Assembly: GCF_006345805.1 (NCBI RefSeq)
Contig: NC_043012.1
Span: forward strand, 33,046,001 to 33,110,000
Direction: 5' to 3'
From: Octopus sinensis
Taxonomy: Eukaryota
DNA length: 64,000 nucleotides
The first letter of the stretch is position 1; every line of letters starts with the position of its first letter. Position numbers and translations under genes: made by a program. The notes under the pieces are model-generated. The model was not told the DNA's origin. It searched no databases and saw only the letters and a list, made by a program, of their open reading frames with translations. This document shows, one piece after another, positions 12,046 to 25,368 of the stretch.

Positions 12046-14725
12046 ACAATAACAACAACACCTCCAGCACTACTACCAACTGATACTGTTACCACAACTG
12101 CCACCAATGAAGAAAGCCCCTACATAGTGGTTTGCAGTTAAAACCTGTTTGAACTCCTTCCTCGGGGTTTTCTATGATTATCTTTGCTTTTCTCTTTTAC
12201 TTGTTTCTGTCATTACACTATGGCCAAGCTGAGGCATGAATCAACCCAACTGCTCATTATTTTCTCAAGCCAGGTACTTATTCTATCTGTCTCTTTTGCC
12301 AAACTGCTAAGTTACAGGGACGTAAACACACCAACACCAGTTGTCAGTAAATCTGCTTTTTCATGATGTATTTACATTGAGCATGACACACAGATGACTA
12401 TTTTACATGCATGCACACACACACACCTACACACACACATGAGAGAGAGAGGTGGGGTATGCTGCAACTCACATTCTGTTGCCAACTATAAGTTGTGTTC
12501 TGATGCACCACCTATGTAGCATATGGTATAATGTCAACTACACATGAATGCAAACAAAACATCTCCAACAGATAATGTCGATACACTTTACAGCAGATAC
12601 TAGTAACATATGGATGCTGACTAAATATTTGACAGTAGATGCCAATTAAACATCAAAGAACAGACACCTACCACCAAACTTCCTCATTTTGGCAGCCAAA
12701 TCACAATATCACAGACCTAAGTTCTTTTGTGTCTGATAAGAGTTGTATCTTTGCTGCCAAACATTAAAAAGACTCTGAAAATTATCTCGCACCACAAAAT
12801 AGTGTAATAGAAATGTCATTTTGGCTATTAAAAAAAATACATTTTTGAATTTGAAGTTTCTGTTTCATAAGATTTAATTTTTTTTATCACACACCAAAAC
12901 TAAAAAGTAAAATCAAAACTGAAATGAAAATTCAATCTCAAACTGAAATTCATCAGAATTAAATGGCATTTTATGCCCAATTTTGGTTCATTAAAACATT
13001 AGTTTTTATGAATATGTAATTAAAAAAAATTCCAAAACTTGATATTTACATCCCCAATTCATACAAACCTTTCTATAATATTCCATCCCTAATTCGTATA
13101 AACTTTTTATATAATATTCGTACAAACCTTTATATGATATTCACACCTGTATCCTACATGCATATGTTATATGTTGTGAGTATTCAAGCAATTTATTCAT
13201 GTGTAAAAAGATCACAAAAAATCTTTTCTAAAGACAATTGGCAATTGTCAAGTTGTAGACACTTAAGAAAGAAATCAATATATTTGTGAATAGAATATTA
13301 TTTGGTGTTGAACAGATGTTGCTGTTTGAAAGAAGAATTGTTTTGTTGCTTAGACAATATGGAAGGGTAATTCCCATGACCCCTTTGCTGGGCCTCTAAA
13401 ACTTAAACCAGAGAGCTGGCTTGAATGCTTGCAATAGAATAGAGAGTGTTAAAAGTACCCAAGGCGCCAGGTGGTCCACCACCCAGGTAGGTAATAACAA
13501 GATTTGGACTCAGAGCACGAAAAGCTGGAACACAAAGTATTCCATCTGGTGCGCTAACAGTTTTGTTAATCCCCAATACAAAACTGGTACTTTGTTTATT
13601 GACTGTGGAAGCTGGATTTGAACTTAGGACTTGAGGAACAGGAATAAATACTGTAAGACATTTTGTCCAACATTCTAATAGCTCTGCCAATTTACTAGCT
13701 CATGGACCTCTCTCATGTCCCTTTATACATTTGCGACCCCTCTCTCTCTTTCTCTCTTCTCTGTATTTCTCTCTCATTTTTATAGATATATCTGTTGTGC
13801 TTTTTTGTGCCTTGAGGGCACACCCTGACACCTCATCTTGACTATTCTTTCTCCCTTTCCTGCTGGGATAGGCCTATACATGTTGTGATATAGTATGACA
13901 ACAACTATTCAGCACATGGCTTAGTGGTTAGGGTGTTGTACTTATGGTTGTAAGATTGTGGTTTCAATTCCTGAACTGGACAATGTGTTCTTGAGCAAAA
14001 CACTTCATTTAACAAACTGTAGGTCAGTTCAAATATTTTGGGGGTATATTTCAACTTGCAAAGGCTATTTCACTGCAGTTTATCATGGAGAAAAATTCTT
14101 GCTTTAGTTACAAAGATGTAAGAACACCATTGTCACCTCAATGTGTCCTCTGTGGACTGATAGATACTGATTTTCTAGCTTGTTAGCTGTCTTCAGTACT
14201 GGATACCAAAAGGGGTGACTCTGAGATGACCAAGAAGCTTTAACTTTGTGAAAAAATCAGTAAATACCATTTAATGATTTGTGTGCATATCCCACTGGGC
14301 TGATATAAATACAAAGTTGTAGCCTGAAGCAGTGATTGAAAGTACAGAAATTAGTTCATCGTCATCATCAACATTTAATATCTGTTTTCCATGCTGGCAT
14401 GGGTTGGATGGCTTGTTAGGAACTAGCAAGGCCAGGGGCCATAGTCTGTTTTGGCTTGGTTTCTTGAGCTGACATGTTACAGGCATGGATGCCTTTTATG
14501 TGTCACCGACACAGGTGCCTTTTATGTATCACCAGCACTGGCCATAACTACAATTTCACTAAGCTTGATGTGTCTTCTCAAGTACAGCAAATTGCACTCC
14601 CACCCACACATACCATGAGGTTTTCTTTTGCAATCATTCTTAACCAACTGTGACTGCTGTTTTACTATACTTTTGCTCAATATCCTGGCATTGACAAATA
14701 TATTATCTTTTTTTAATATTTTCAG

Positions 14726-14911
14726 GTGAATTAAAGCTTTGCTATCCAAGGAATTACAATTTTGGCTCCTTTGTATGCGTTTGCAACTCTACTTACTGTG
14801 ATACTGTACCAAATATTGAAAAACTTGACATTGGTAGATATGTAGTCATTGTAACAGATAAGAGAAACTTTCGCCTATCAAATTGTACAGGTAGTTTTAA
14901 GAAATCAAAAA
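14726..14911 (+). CDS. GBA1: GBA exon ([25 protein letters not shown]...SFKKSK)
   Basis: ttcag| acceptor, |gtaagt donor; conserved N-terminal cysteines and N-glycosylation sequon NST. Confidence 0.9.
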
Positions 14912-17900
14912 GTAAGTATTTCAAAAGTTCTTCATCACTTTATTTATTCAATAAAATTTGAATTTAGCTGACCTGAATTTAAAATTGGTGTAGATTCTGT
15001 AGATTCTGTAAAATTTCTATTTTGACTCTTCATATTTGACTTTTCATGAAAATAATATTTGCTGTAAATATCCACCACATGATAAAAAGCAAACAAATGT
15101 TAGCTCATGTACCTGTGAGTGGTGTTTAACTGGCTATTCATATATATATTAATAATATCAAAGTGTAATCTGAAATATTTGAAATTTCCATTACCAGTGG
15201 CCTAGCATGTGAAAATTTAGTCAATAGACTATATATTATTCATATAAATACAGTGTACATTTAAACACATAAGAGGTATCTATCATAGGACTACTTGCAC
15301 GCTAGAGAGGACAGTTAAATTCCAAACCATTATTAGGGATAGAATTTCAAAGGGAATGAAAAAAACATTTACCATCTAACTCCTGGACCAATGGTTTCAG
15401 ACTTTTTTCTTCAGCAAATAAAATGATTTGCTAGGTAAAGCCTTCTTCAGCAGGTACACCTTAGATTAAATATATATACATGAGGCAATCCAGTATATGC
15501 CCTGTGCTTATACATTCTAATTTTTTCAAATCTACTGTGCAAGCGCAGCTCCTTGTTGGCAGTAAATAAATATGCTGGCTTTTCAATTCGAAAATTATCA
15601 ATAATTAATAATATCAAAGGGTAATCTGAAATATTAGAAATTTCCATTACCAGTGGCCTAGTGTGTAAGAATTTAGTCAATAGACTATATATAATTCATA
15701 TAAATACAGTGTACATTTAAATACATAAGAGGTATCCATCATAGGACTACCTGCAAGCATGTATAAGCACAGGGCATATTCTGGATTGCCTTGTGTATAT
15801 ATATTTAATCTAAGGTGTACCTGCTGAAGAAGACTTCACCTAGCAAATTATTTTAATTGCTAAAAAAAGTCTGAAACCATTGGTCCAGGAGTTAGATGGT
15901 AAATGTTTTTATTTTTCATTCCCTTTGAAATTTTATCCCTACCAGTGGTTTGGAATTTAACTGTCCTCTCTAGCATGCAGATAGTCCTATGATGGGTATC
16001 TCTTATGTGTTTAAATGTGCATCATCATCATCATCGTTTAACGTCCGTTCTCCATGCTAGCATGGGTTGGACGGTTCGACTGGGATCTGGGAAGCCAGAA
16101 GGCTGCACCAGGCTCCAGTCTGATCTGGCAGTGTTTCTACAGCTGGATGCCCTTCCTAACGCCAACCACTCCGTGAGTGTAGTGGGTGCGTTTTAAGTGC
16201 CAGGCGAGGCTGGCAACGGCCACGATCGGATTGGTGCTTTTTACATGCCACCAGCATGGAAGCCAGTCAAGGCGGCATTGGCATTGGCCACGTTCGGATG
16301 GTGCTTTTTATGTGCCACCGGCACAGGGATCACAATATACATGATATATATATATATATTTATTTATTTATCATTCTTATACAAGAATGTTGTTGACAGT
16401 GACTTTTAAGTTTCAGCCAGCTAACCCATTGCTTGAATGCTATCTGAAAATTTTAAGTCACTGTCAACAACATTCTTGTTTATGAATAATAAATTTGTAC
16501 TCTACAAAAGTATAGAGTAACCCATCAGATTAATGTAAATTTTTTTTTTTTTAATAACCGAACAGAGAAACAAACATTGAAGCAAACAAACAGTGTTAGG
16601 TTAGCAGTAGTAGTAGCCACTCTCCAACTGTTGATGTAAGCAAACCTCCAACTGGTGTAGGCAGCTTTCCAACTGTTGGTATAAGCAACTCTCTGACTGT
16701 TGGTTGATGCGACATATAGTCACATGGTAGTAGTGGTGGTGGTGGTGGTGGTGGCAGCATATATTATGATGTTGGCTGCAGTCACTGTGGTGTTTTTATA
16801 GGAGTTACTGGCTCAAATTCGAGCGACTGTTAAATTTTGGGTTGAGGTGGTGGATCAATATAGCTTCTTTTATGTAGGTTTCCAGTGTTCCTCTCTGAGG
16901 TCAGTATGTAGGCATCTATCTCTTTGGTGATGCTGCCAGATCTGGTCAGTTACTTAAACCAGCTTGCTGAGACCTCTTCATCTGTTACAAGTCAACCTTC
17001 CCTATCAAGGCTAAGATAAGCTACATACATAATGAGATTGCCGGGATACACAAAAGATGCAGTGTCAGTACCAGCTGGAACACACACACGTTATTCATTT
17101 CCTAAACGTACTTGAGACCAACAGGTGTCCAACATTCGTTACTGACTCCTTATGCAAATGTAGACCAGTTAAACGTTGCAAGAGGGTTCTTCTAAGACCT
17201 TCTTGTAGATTCCCTACTTCAATGAGAAGACCACCACTGCTGTTTACAAGGCTATCTGCAGGGAAGGTACTTGGCATCCTATTGTCCCATTCTGGACCAT
17301 CCTTATGTAAACACCTATTAACAAGTTGGTTGCATGCAGAACAACTGCTCTACACACTAGTGAACTATCCCATTTGCAACATTGACATGTGCTTACATAT
17401 ATATGTAGTATGTCAAATATGCTGCTCCAAATTCAACAACTGTTACATTGGCAGCATAGTATGAGCACTCTATGTTGGAATGAAGGAGCACCTCTCTACC
17501 AACATGTCACCCTTCTGCAAGCACCTGATCAGATGCTGCAACACCACCAAAGAGATAGATGCTTCCATACTGGCCTTGGAGAGGAACGTTGGAAACCTAC
17601 ATGTAAAAGCTATATTGATTCACTGCCTCAACCCCCAAAATTAACAGTCGAACTTGAGCCAGTGGCTCCTTTGAAAACATCACAGTAACTGCGATCAACA
17701 TCATAATATATGCCACCACCACCACCACATGACTATATGTTGCATCAATCAACAGTCAGAAAGTTGCTTGCACCAACATTCGGAGAGTGGCTGCTACTGC
17801 AGCTAATCTAATGCTGGGGAGTTTGAGTAAGGTAACCGAATTGGTGTAACTGGACATTTCCCAGACTACATCCTTCTGAAGATGGGCTTTTGCACCTGGA

Positions 17901-20900
17901 ATATAAAGGCTTTTGTAAAACTTTCTGCGTTGTTAAAAGCTTTTTTATTTTCCCTTTTCTTTTCCTTCTTCAGTACTACGATACTCTTATTATTAATACA
18001 TATATTGTTTGTGGTGAATGGTGTAGAATAAAAACAGTCCGATGTGAGCTGAGTGTATGTCATTACACCATTTCCATTCCCTAGTGTAACCATTTCACTT
18101 CATGTCACCAAAAACCATTGAAAAGATGCAAATGTCAGCTGTTTTTCCTTACAATGATACAAATCTGAAACCTTGTTCATCTCCTAGAAATCTACATGTA
18201 GCTGTTTCTATATTTGTTTACTCTTTAATTAGTTGAAGATGCCAGTCCAATGTCAATCAACTACAACAAAACCTTCCAGAAAATCATTGGCTTTGGTGGT
18301 GCCTTTACTGATGCAACTGGAATCAACGTAGTGTCATTACCAAAAAAGGCCCAGGAGAAATTGCTACAGTCGTATTTCTCTCCACTCGGTGAGTTTCTTT
18401 GAATCTTTCAATTTAACAATCTTTCATTTCAGCTAAGTGATCACTACAAATGCCACTGCTGCCACTACCACTACAAATTCCACTGCTGCCACCACCACTA
18501 CCACCACATTGTAGGGTAGGTATGGGAGACTAGATCTAGCCAGCTTGAAGAGAAAATAGGTAGATTATTTTGGCTGCATGTGATCCGTTTAAATGCTAAA
18601 TGGTTAATCAGTGTTCACCTACATACAAAACTAAAAACAGATACGCCATCTACCTGTATGACCTCTCACCATACACACTCATGTTCACACACATGCTTGC
18701 ATGCATAGACATATACATAAATACATACATATATATGCATATATACATTTACATTCACAGATATATGATCTGATATCATCTATATATATATATGCTCTAA
18801 CATAATGCTGAAGGTCTGGCCAGCTTGCATAACACATGCAAACATACATACATATATACGTACGTACTTATGTATGTATATATATATATATATATGTATA
18901 TATATAAGGGGATGATATTATTAAAATATCATCACAAGTGGCAAGCAAGTTGTCAACTGTACAGGCAGATTAATAAAATATATATATATATTATATGTAG
19001 AAAAATACAAACTGGGACAAGAACGTAAAACATTTAGAAGACGATACAAAAAACACGGACGGGACATTCGAAGCCTTCAATCTTCAGTCAAGAACCGGAT
19101 CATCCTAGCACTTTCGGCTGTACATATATATATATACATACATGTACATAAAAATGCTTATTAAATATTCAGTGATATATATATATATATATATTAAGAC
19201 TGGTTTACCTTATTCAATTTTATTCTTTATTGCGACTAGCCACGAGAAAAGCTGAAAGTGAGGTTGTGATTGACGTAGGTTGCTGAAAACAAGGGAGGCT
19301 ACTTTAGTTGTATAATGTCGATTAATATGTCATTTTCCCCACCTTTCAAATTGAACTACTTTGCATCAACATAGAACAGCTTAATCAAACACACTTCAAA
19401 AACGTTAATTATATAAATAAACAGACATCTCAAAAGTAAATAGACGCCCTCGCTCCCCATACAGTTTTATCTGTGTGGACACTACCTGATGCTGCAAACT
19501 TGTTTATCATGCACAGGTCACGTCTACTAAATACTAGATTAAGTATTTAAATGCTTCAAAAGACCTTATTTTATTTAGAAGAACAAATATTTCAAAAATT
19601 ATTGTCTTTTTACTTTTGAGAAGTCTGTAGTACAAAATCCTTTAAAAGTAAAACAGCGCGTTTAAGATGAGAAGAGTGACAAAGAAAAGAGGCAGATGTT
19701 ACAGAAAGTCCAACATCCCATCTTGTCTCCTTCTGATGCCAAGATAAAATCTATCCAGCACATTAGTAAAGGGGTTGGTCATAAAAACCAAGCCAAAAAT
19801 GAAATGTTGTACAAGCAAGATGTGGTCCTGCAACCTGTATATGGGAACAGCAGCTCTGACTTGGGTTATGGTGACCTATCTAACACATACCAGCATAGAA
19901 AGCTGACAACAATGTTGATCATGATGCTGATGATGAGGGAGAGGAGGACGGTGTATATGTCTGTGTGTGATATAGTCTAAACTCTAATATATCATTTAAA
20001 TTCCAAAGTATGATGAACCATATCTATTGACATACTCTATTTATATCTCAATGTGTCATAAAGAGTGTCTTTATGACAGTTATATTTCAATGTGTCAAAT
20101 ACAGGATGTTCGGCTGAATTTGACAGTTTACAAAAAAGGAAAACGAAAACAATACACAATCCGAAAGTTAAAAGTATTTTTAAAAAATCGAAAACTATCA
20201 ACCCATCAAGCCGAGTAAGATTGTAACCGTGGCCGATGCGAGTGTTGTGTAAGTGGCACGTAAAAATCACCCATCACATGTTGGGCAATATGCTGTGCTT
20301 AAGAAGACCTATCAAGCCAAGTGAAATTGTAGCTGTGGCTGGTGCCAGTGCCACTTGACGGGTACCCATGCTGGTGGTACCCGTCAAAAGCACCATTTGA
20401 GCGTGCTGCCAATACCTATTTCTTTACTACCCACAAGGGGCTAAACACAAAGGGGACAAACAAGGACAGACAAACAGATTAAGTCGATTATATCGACTCC
20501 AGTGCATAACTGGTACTTATTTAATCGACCCTGAAAGGATGAAAGGCAAAGTTGACCGTGGCAGAATTTGAACTCAGAACGTAATAGCAGACGAAATGAT
20601 GCTAAGAATTTCGCCCGGTGTGCTAATGATTCTGCCAGCTCACTGTGTGGCCAATACCAATGTCGCATCAATGGCACCCGTGCTGGTGGCATGTAAAAAG
20701 CACCCACTACATTCTTGGAGTGCTTAGCATTAGGAAAGGCATCCAGCCGTAGAAACCATGTCAAACCAGATTGGAAACTAGTGTGGCTCCCCAGCTTGCC
20801 AATTTTCAGTCCAACCCATGTCAGCATGGAAAGCAGATGTTAAATGATGATGATGATGATGATGGCTAGGAGATAACAGTTTACTCAAAATAGCTGTTCT

Positions 20901-23900
20901 CAGCTTCCGATATGACCTTGAGATGACTCTGGAAAGTAGTTCATGCATTCTTCAGTGTGACCCTGGGAATATCTTCAAACACCTTGACCTTGATCGCTTG
21001 GCCTTGGTGCTGCATGCTGAGCTGCAACACTAAGGCCAAGCAGTGTTGGTGCCTTCTCAACCGTGGCCCACGCATGGGAGTACAATTGGGGGAATTAGGA
21101 GACCAGAAAAATGAGGTAAAGTCATAGAAATTATCTGACAACAATTCTGACCCTTTCTGAAGAAATGCCAAGAGGCTAAATCCTACTGCCACACATATGG
21201 CCTTCCAGCAGCAACCCTCTCCAGCTTCACTTAGCTGTTTGATTTGAGTCTGAAGCTCTGTTCATCGAGTGTTGGATGAATTCTGGTGTGCAGATGCAAT
21301 CAGAAAGCCTGCCGTGTCTCTTCCTGTTGGCCACAGCTTAGTTGTCTCCATTGCAGCTGTCCATGTAGTTATGTCTTACAACCAGTGTTTGCTGAGCATT
21401 GAGCAGCAGTCATGGTGTTGGCATTTCTGATACCTGTGTCATCATGATACAGGTAACTCTTTTCCAATATTCAGCTAACTTCCAGTCCTCCATGTAAGCT
21501 AACTTTTCCTCCACTACACTTTGTAATCTCTTTGCTCTCCAATACTATTGACTTTTCACCAATACATTAAGCTGTTTCTGCAAAAAAAGATGTAGACGAT
21601 GTAAAAAAGATGCAAAAAAAGATGCAAAAAAAGATGTAGACGATGTAAAAAAGATGCAAAAAAAGATGCAAAAAAAGATGTAGACGATGTAAAAAAGATG
21701 TAAAAAAAGATGCAAAAAAAGATGTAGACGATGTAAAAAAGATGCAAAAAAAGATGTAACAAAAAAATGTAAAAAATCGTCAAATTTAGCTCTCAAACAC
21801 CCTGTAGTGTCCCCCGTGATGTACTACAACTATATTTCAGTGTAACCCTAAATGTACTTTAGTCCCTTATTTGTAATTTAGTTCCATATGAATAGTTCCT
21901 TATTCTGTTCCAATGTAATCTGATTTTAGAATGCTTGATAATTCCTCTGTGTTTCACAGTTCTATTCCAATACATTTTGTACTCTGCTATAATTTACCGT
22001 TTACCTATTCCAGGAATTGAATACAACATTGGTCGAGTTCCAATTGCTAGCTGTGACTTTTCCACTCGTATCTATTCTTATGACGATGCCGTAAATGACA
22101 CCAAATTAATGCAGTTTGATTTAGCTGAGGAAGATCTTAATTATAAGGTAAATAGGAGATGCTTGAATTACCTTTGAACATCTTGGACAGCCAATCAATC
22201 TGTTACTTCGTTATAATTATTAAGTATTTTATTTCATTGACTGATATCTAAATCTTTTGCTAAATTTATTCCATTTATCACTTTTGACAAGCAAATCTGT
22301 GCCATTGAGCAGAATATTTTGCTATAGACCATCTTTTACACCGATTCCTGTAATGTTAACACTTTCAATCAGTTAAAGTTAGAAGCCATGAGAGCCACTG
22401 TCTGGTACTGCATCAAAGGCATTTGTTGTTGTTGTTGCTGTTGCTGTTGAGCGAACGGTCTTCGTCCCAGAGCTCGCAAGATGGGAGAAGTCCGAAACGT
22501 GGTCCTTTGCTATTCGTAAGACCTGCAGAAGAGAAAGCAGGTCATCCCCCAACACCGAGAGCATCGACGGATGGATGAATGCGCATCCAGGCTCAGCGGT
22601 TTTGTAGGAAGTCGGGGACAAGAAACAAGAAGAAAGAGTGAGAGAAGATTGGAGCGAAAGAGTACAACAGGGGTCACCACCATCCCCTGCCGGAGCCTCG
22701 TGGAGCTTTAGGTGTTTTTGCTCAATCGAAACCGCGATCCTCTGGCTGCGAGTCTGCTGCCCTAACCACTGGGCTATTGCGCCTCCACTGTTGTTGCTGC
22801 TGTGTGAGAGAGCAATGCATGCCATCAAAGTGACACTGGGGTACAAATATACGAAGCCCAATATACCCATCATGACTACCTGTCTGATAAGGGTACACCA
22901 GGCACATGCATCACAAACATATGTGTGCGATATGGTGATCGTATATGAAGATAAACAGTGCATGACCTTTCAGGTGGGGCCCAATTAGAATTTTCTTAAG
23001 GTTGACTTCCTGAATGAGGGTTGTTTAAGGATGATGAATGAAACACCCATGTTTTCAGAGGTGAATTATTCAAACCCCAAAGAATTCCTCTCAACATATG
23101 GCTATGATTCACCCCCACTACTTCTGCTCGTGATCAGAGATGCACATATCGTCAGCCACCAAGGGACATGCTCAACTGTTTAAAGTCAAACAACTGACAA
23201 GCAAATCTGTGGTATTGAGCAGAATATTTGCTGTAATCCATCTTTTATACCAATCAAACAACTGACAAGCAAATCTCTCAAACAACTATTATTTGTACCT
23301 CCTTTCCATTAAGAAGTTGAGTTGTTGGTGTATGAATTGGGATCAGTTATATCGGACACATGGACTTGTGAATTTTCATATCACTTCTGTGAATGCTGTG
23401 TGTCCCCCAGCATTACACTTAACTCTAACTTTGAAACACTATGATAACTAATGGTTCATGAATGTGATGTATATCTCATATGTTTGTTCTATCATTATTA
23501 CAATGACCTTTGTTCTTCTGAATTACCAACTCTGTACTATTGTGTCTAGGGAGAGTCATTTTCTTTTTGTGCCTTATTATTTAATACACTCACTGGGAAA
23601 ATTTCCACATTTTTCTTATTTTTATTTTCCTAAAATTTTCGTTGCGTCTTGCACTAATTAAAAAGGTTGCAAAATGCAACGAAAATTTTAGGAAAATAAA
23701 AATAAGAAAAACGTGGAAATTTTACTGGTGTGTGTGTTACATAATCATGCACAAAAAGAAAATGACTCCCCAGACACAATAGAATATGCTTCAACACACG
23801 AACTCACATAAAGAATCTTGCAAACCAAATCCCAAAACGAAATAACTCTGTACTATATTCACTTAAACACACTTATTCTCAACTGTCCCTTATATACCCC

Positions 23901-24271
23901 AACCCCCGACTTCTTTGACTAAACATTTTGCCTGATTCCTTCTTTTCTCACAGCTTTAGCTATCTGGAACTATTGCCCTCCTTGTTAACATTTTACCAAA
24001 TTGGAGAAGCTATGTTAAACATGAACTGTGTCAACTTCAGCATGCATTCTGTCCCTTATCCTTTTAGATTACATCATAAAAGAAAGAGGGAAAAACAAAA
24101 AACAATCACCAGTTTGTTTGGGAAATTAATTTGCAATGTGTACAATGCACCAGTGTCTTGTCCAGGAGTATAAGATGTCTCTTTGTCTCTCATTTAATGT
24201 CAGAGACTAGAAATAAAATACTAGGCATATGACTTACTTAAATATACAAGTAGTCACAAACTAATGCCATA

Positions 24272-24337
<66 letters not shown>

Positions 24338-25305
24338 GATTTTATTTAAATATTATTTTTTAGGGAATAAAAATTCTGGCATAACAGAAGTTCAAATTAT
24401 TCTCAATGAAGAAATATATTTTAATTTAGAGATAATAGACCCCTACATCTCACCAATTAATAAGAATTTTTATTTTAATTTTAAATACCTACTGTTTTAT
24501 TACTTGGCAACGCGTATTTCTTGAGGTACACACATATATATATGTATACACAAATACATACACACACACACACACATACACACATATACAAATACATACA
24601 CACACACATACACATATACATACATACAAATATAATTTATAAACACATACATGTCTCTGTTCTTGATAATTTCTTGCCTCTTATTTCTTCACTCATTGTC
24701 TTCTGTATCCTTTCTTTACCCTTTCCTTCCCACCTCTCACTCTTTTTCGCCAAGATTGGATGGGTTTGTAAATTCATACATTTGTATGTCTTACTGTACT
24801 GAGAATGCTAAAGATTGACGGTCACTAATGCAATCAGTGAACTGTGAAGCTATTATGTTGAGTGAACAAAAGCAAAATGCTTAAGACTGAATATACTCTA
24901 AAGATGAGTCTTCTTTTAAATTCATTTGTTATTCCCAACTTTTAATGAGTTGGAAATACATGTCTGTTATTATGCAAGCAATACAATTGTGAATGAATGT
25001 CTTCATCTAAAACAAAAACTAATAATCTACCTTTCAATGTAATTGGAACATTTTAAAATTTTTTTTTTAGATTCCATTAATAAAAAAGGCTCAGAAAATG
25101 AGTAAAAGAAAAGTGCTCTTGTTTGGGAGTCCATGGAGTGCTCCAGCTTGGATGAAGACAAATAACAATATGACAGGCATGGGAATGCTCAAAGGGAAAC
25201 CTGGTGGTGCCTATTATAATGCGTGGGCACTCTATTTTGTCAAGTAGGTTTACCTGGAAAATCCCTTTTGCTATTCATTTCATCTTGATATATATACACA
25301 CACAC

Positions 25306-25368
<63 letters not shown>

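Noticed and set aside
21579-21777. CRISPR-like array or the low-complexity ORFs 21545-21796 / 21556-21783
   Set aside because: No unique spacers, eukaryotic context; a simple minisatellite.
22379-22988. 194-aa and 116-aa ORFs
   Set aside because: Translations of a SINE and adjacent repeat; the same peptides recur at 11706-12005.
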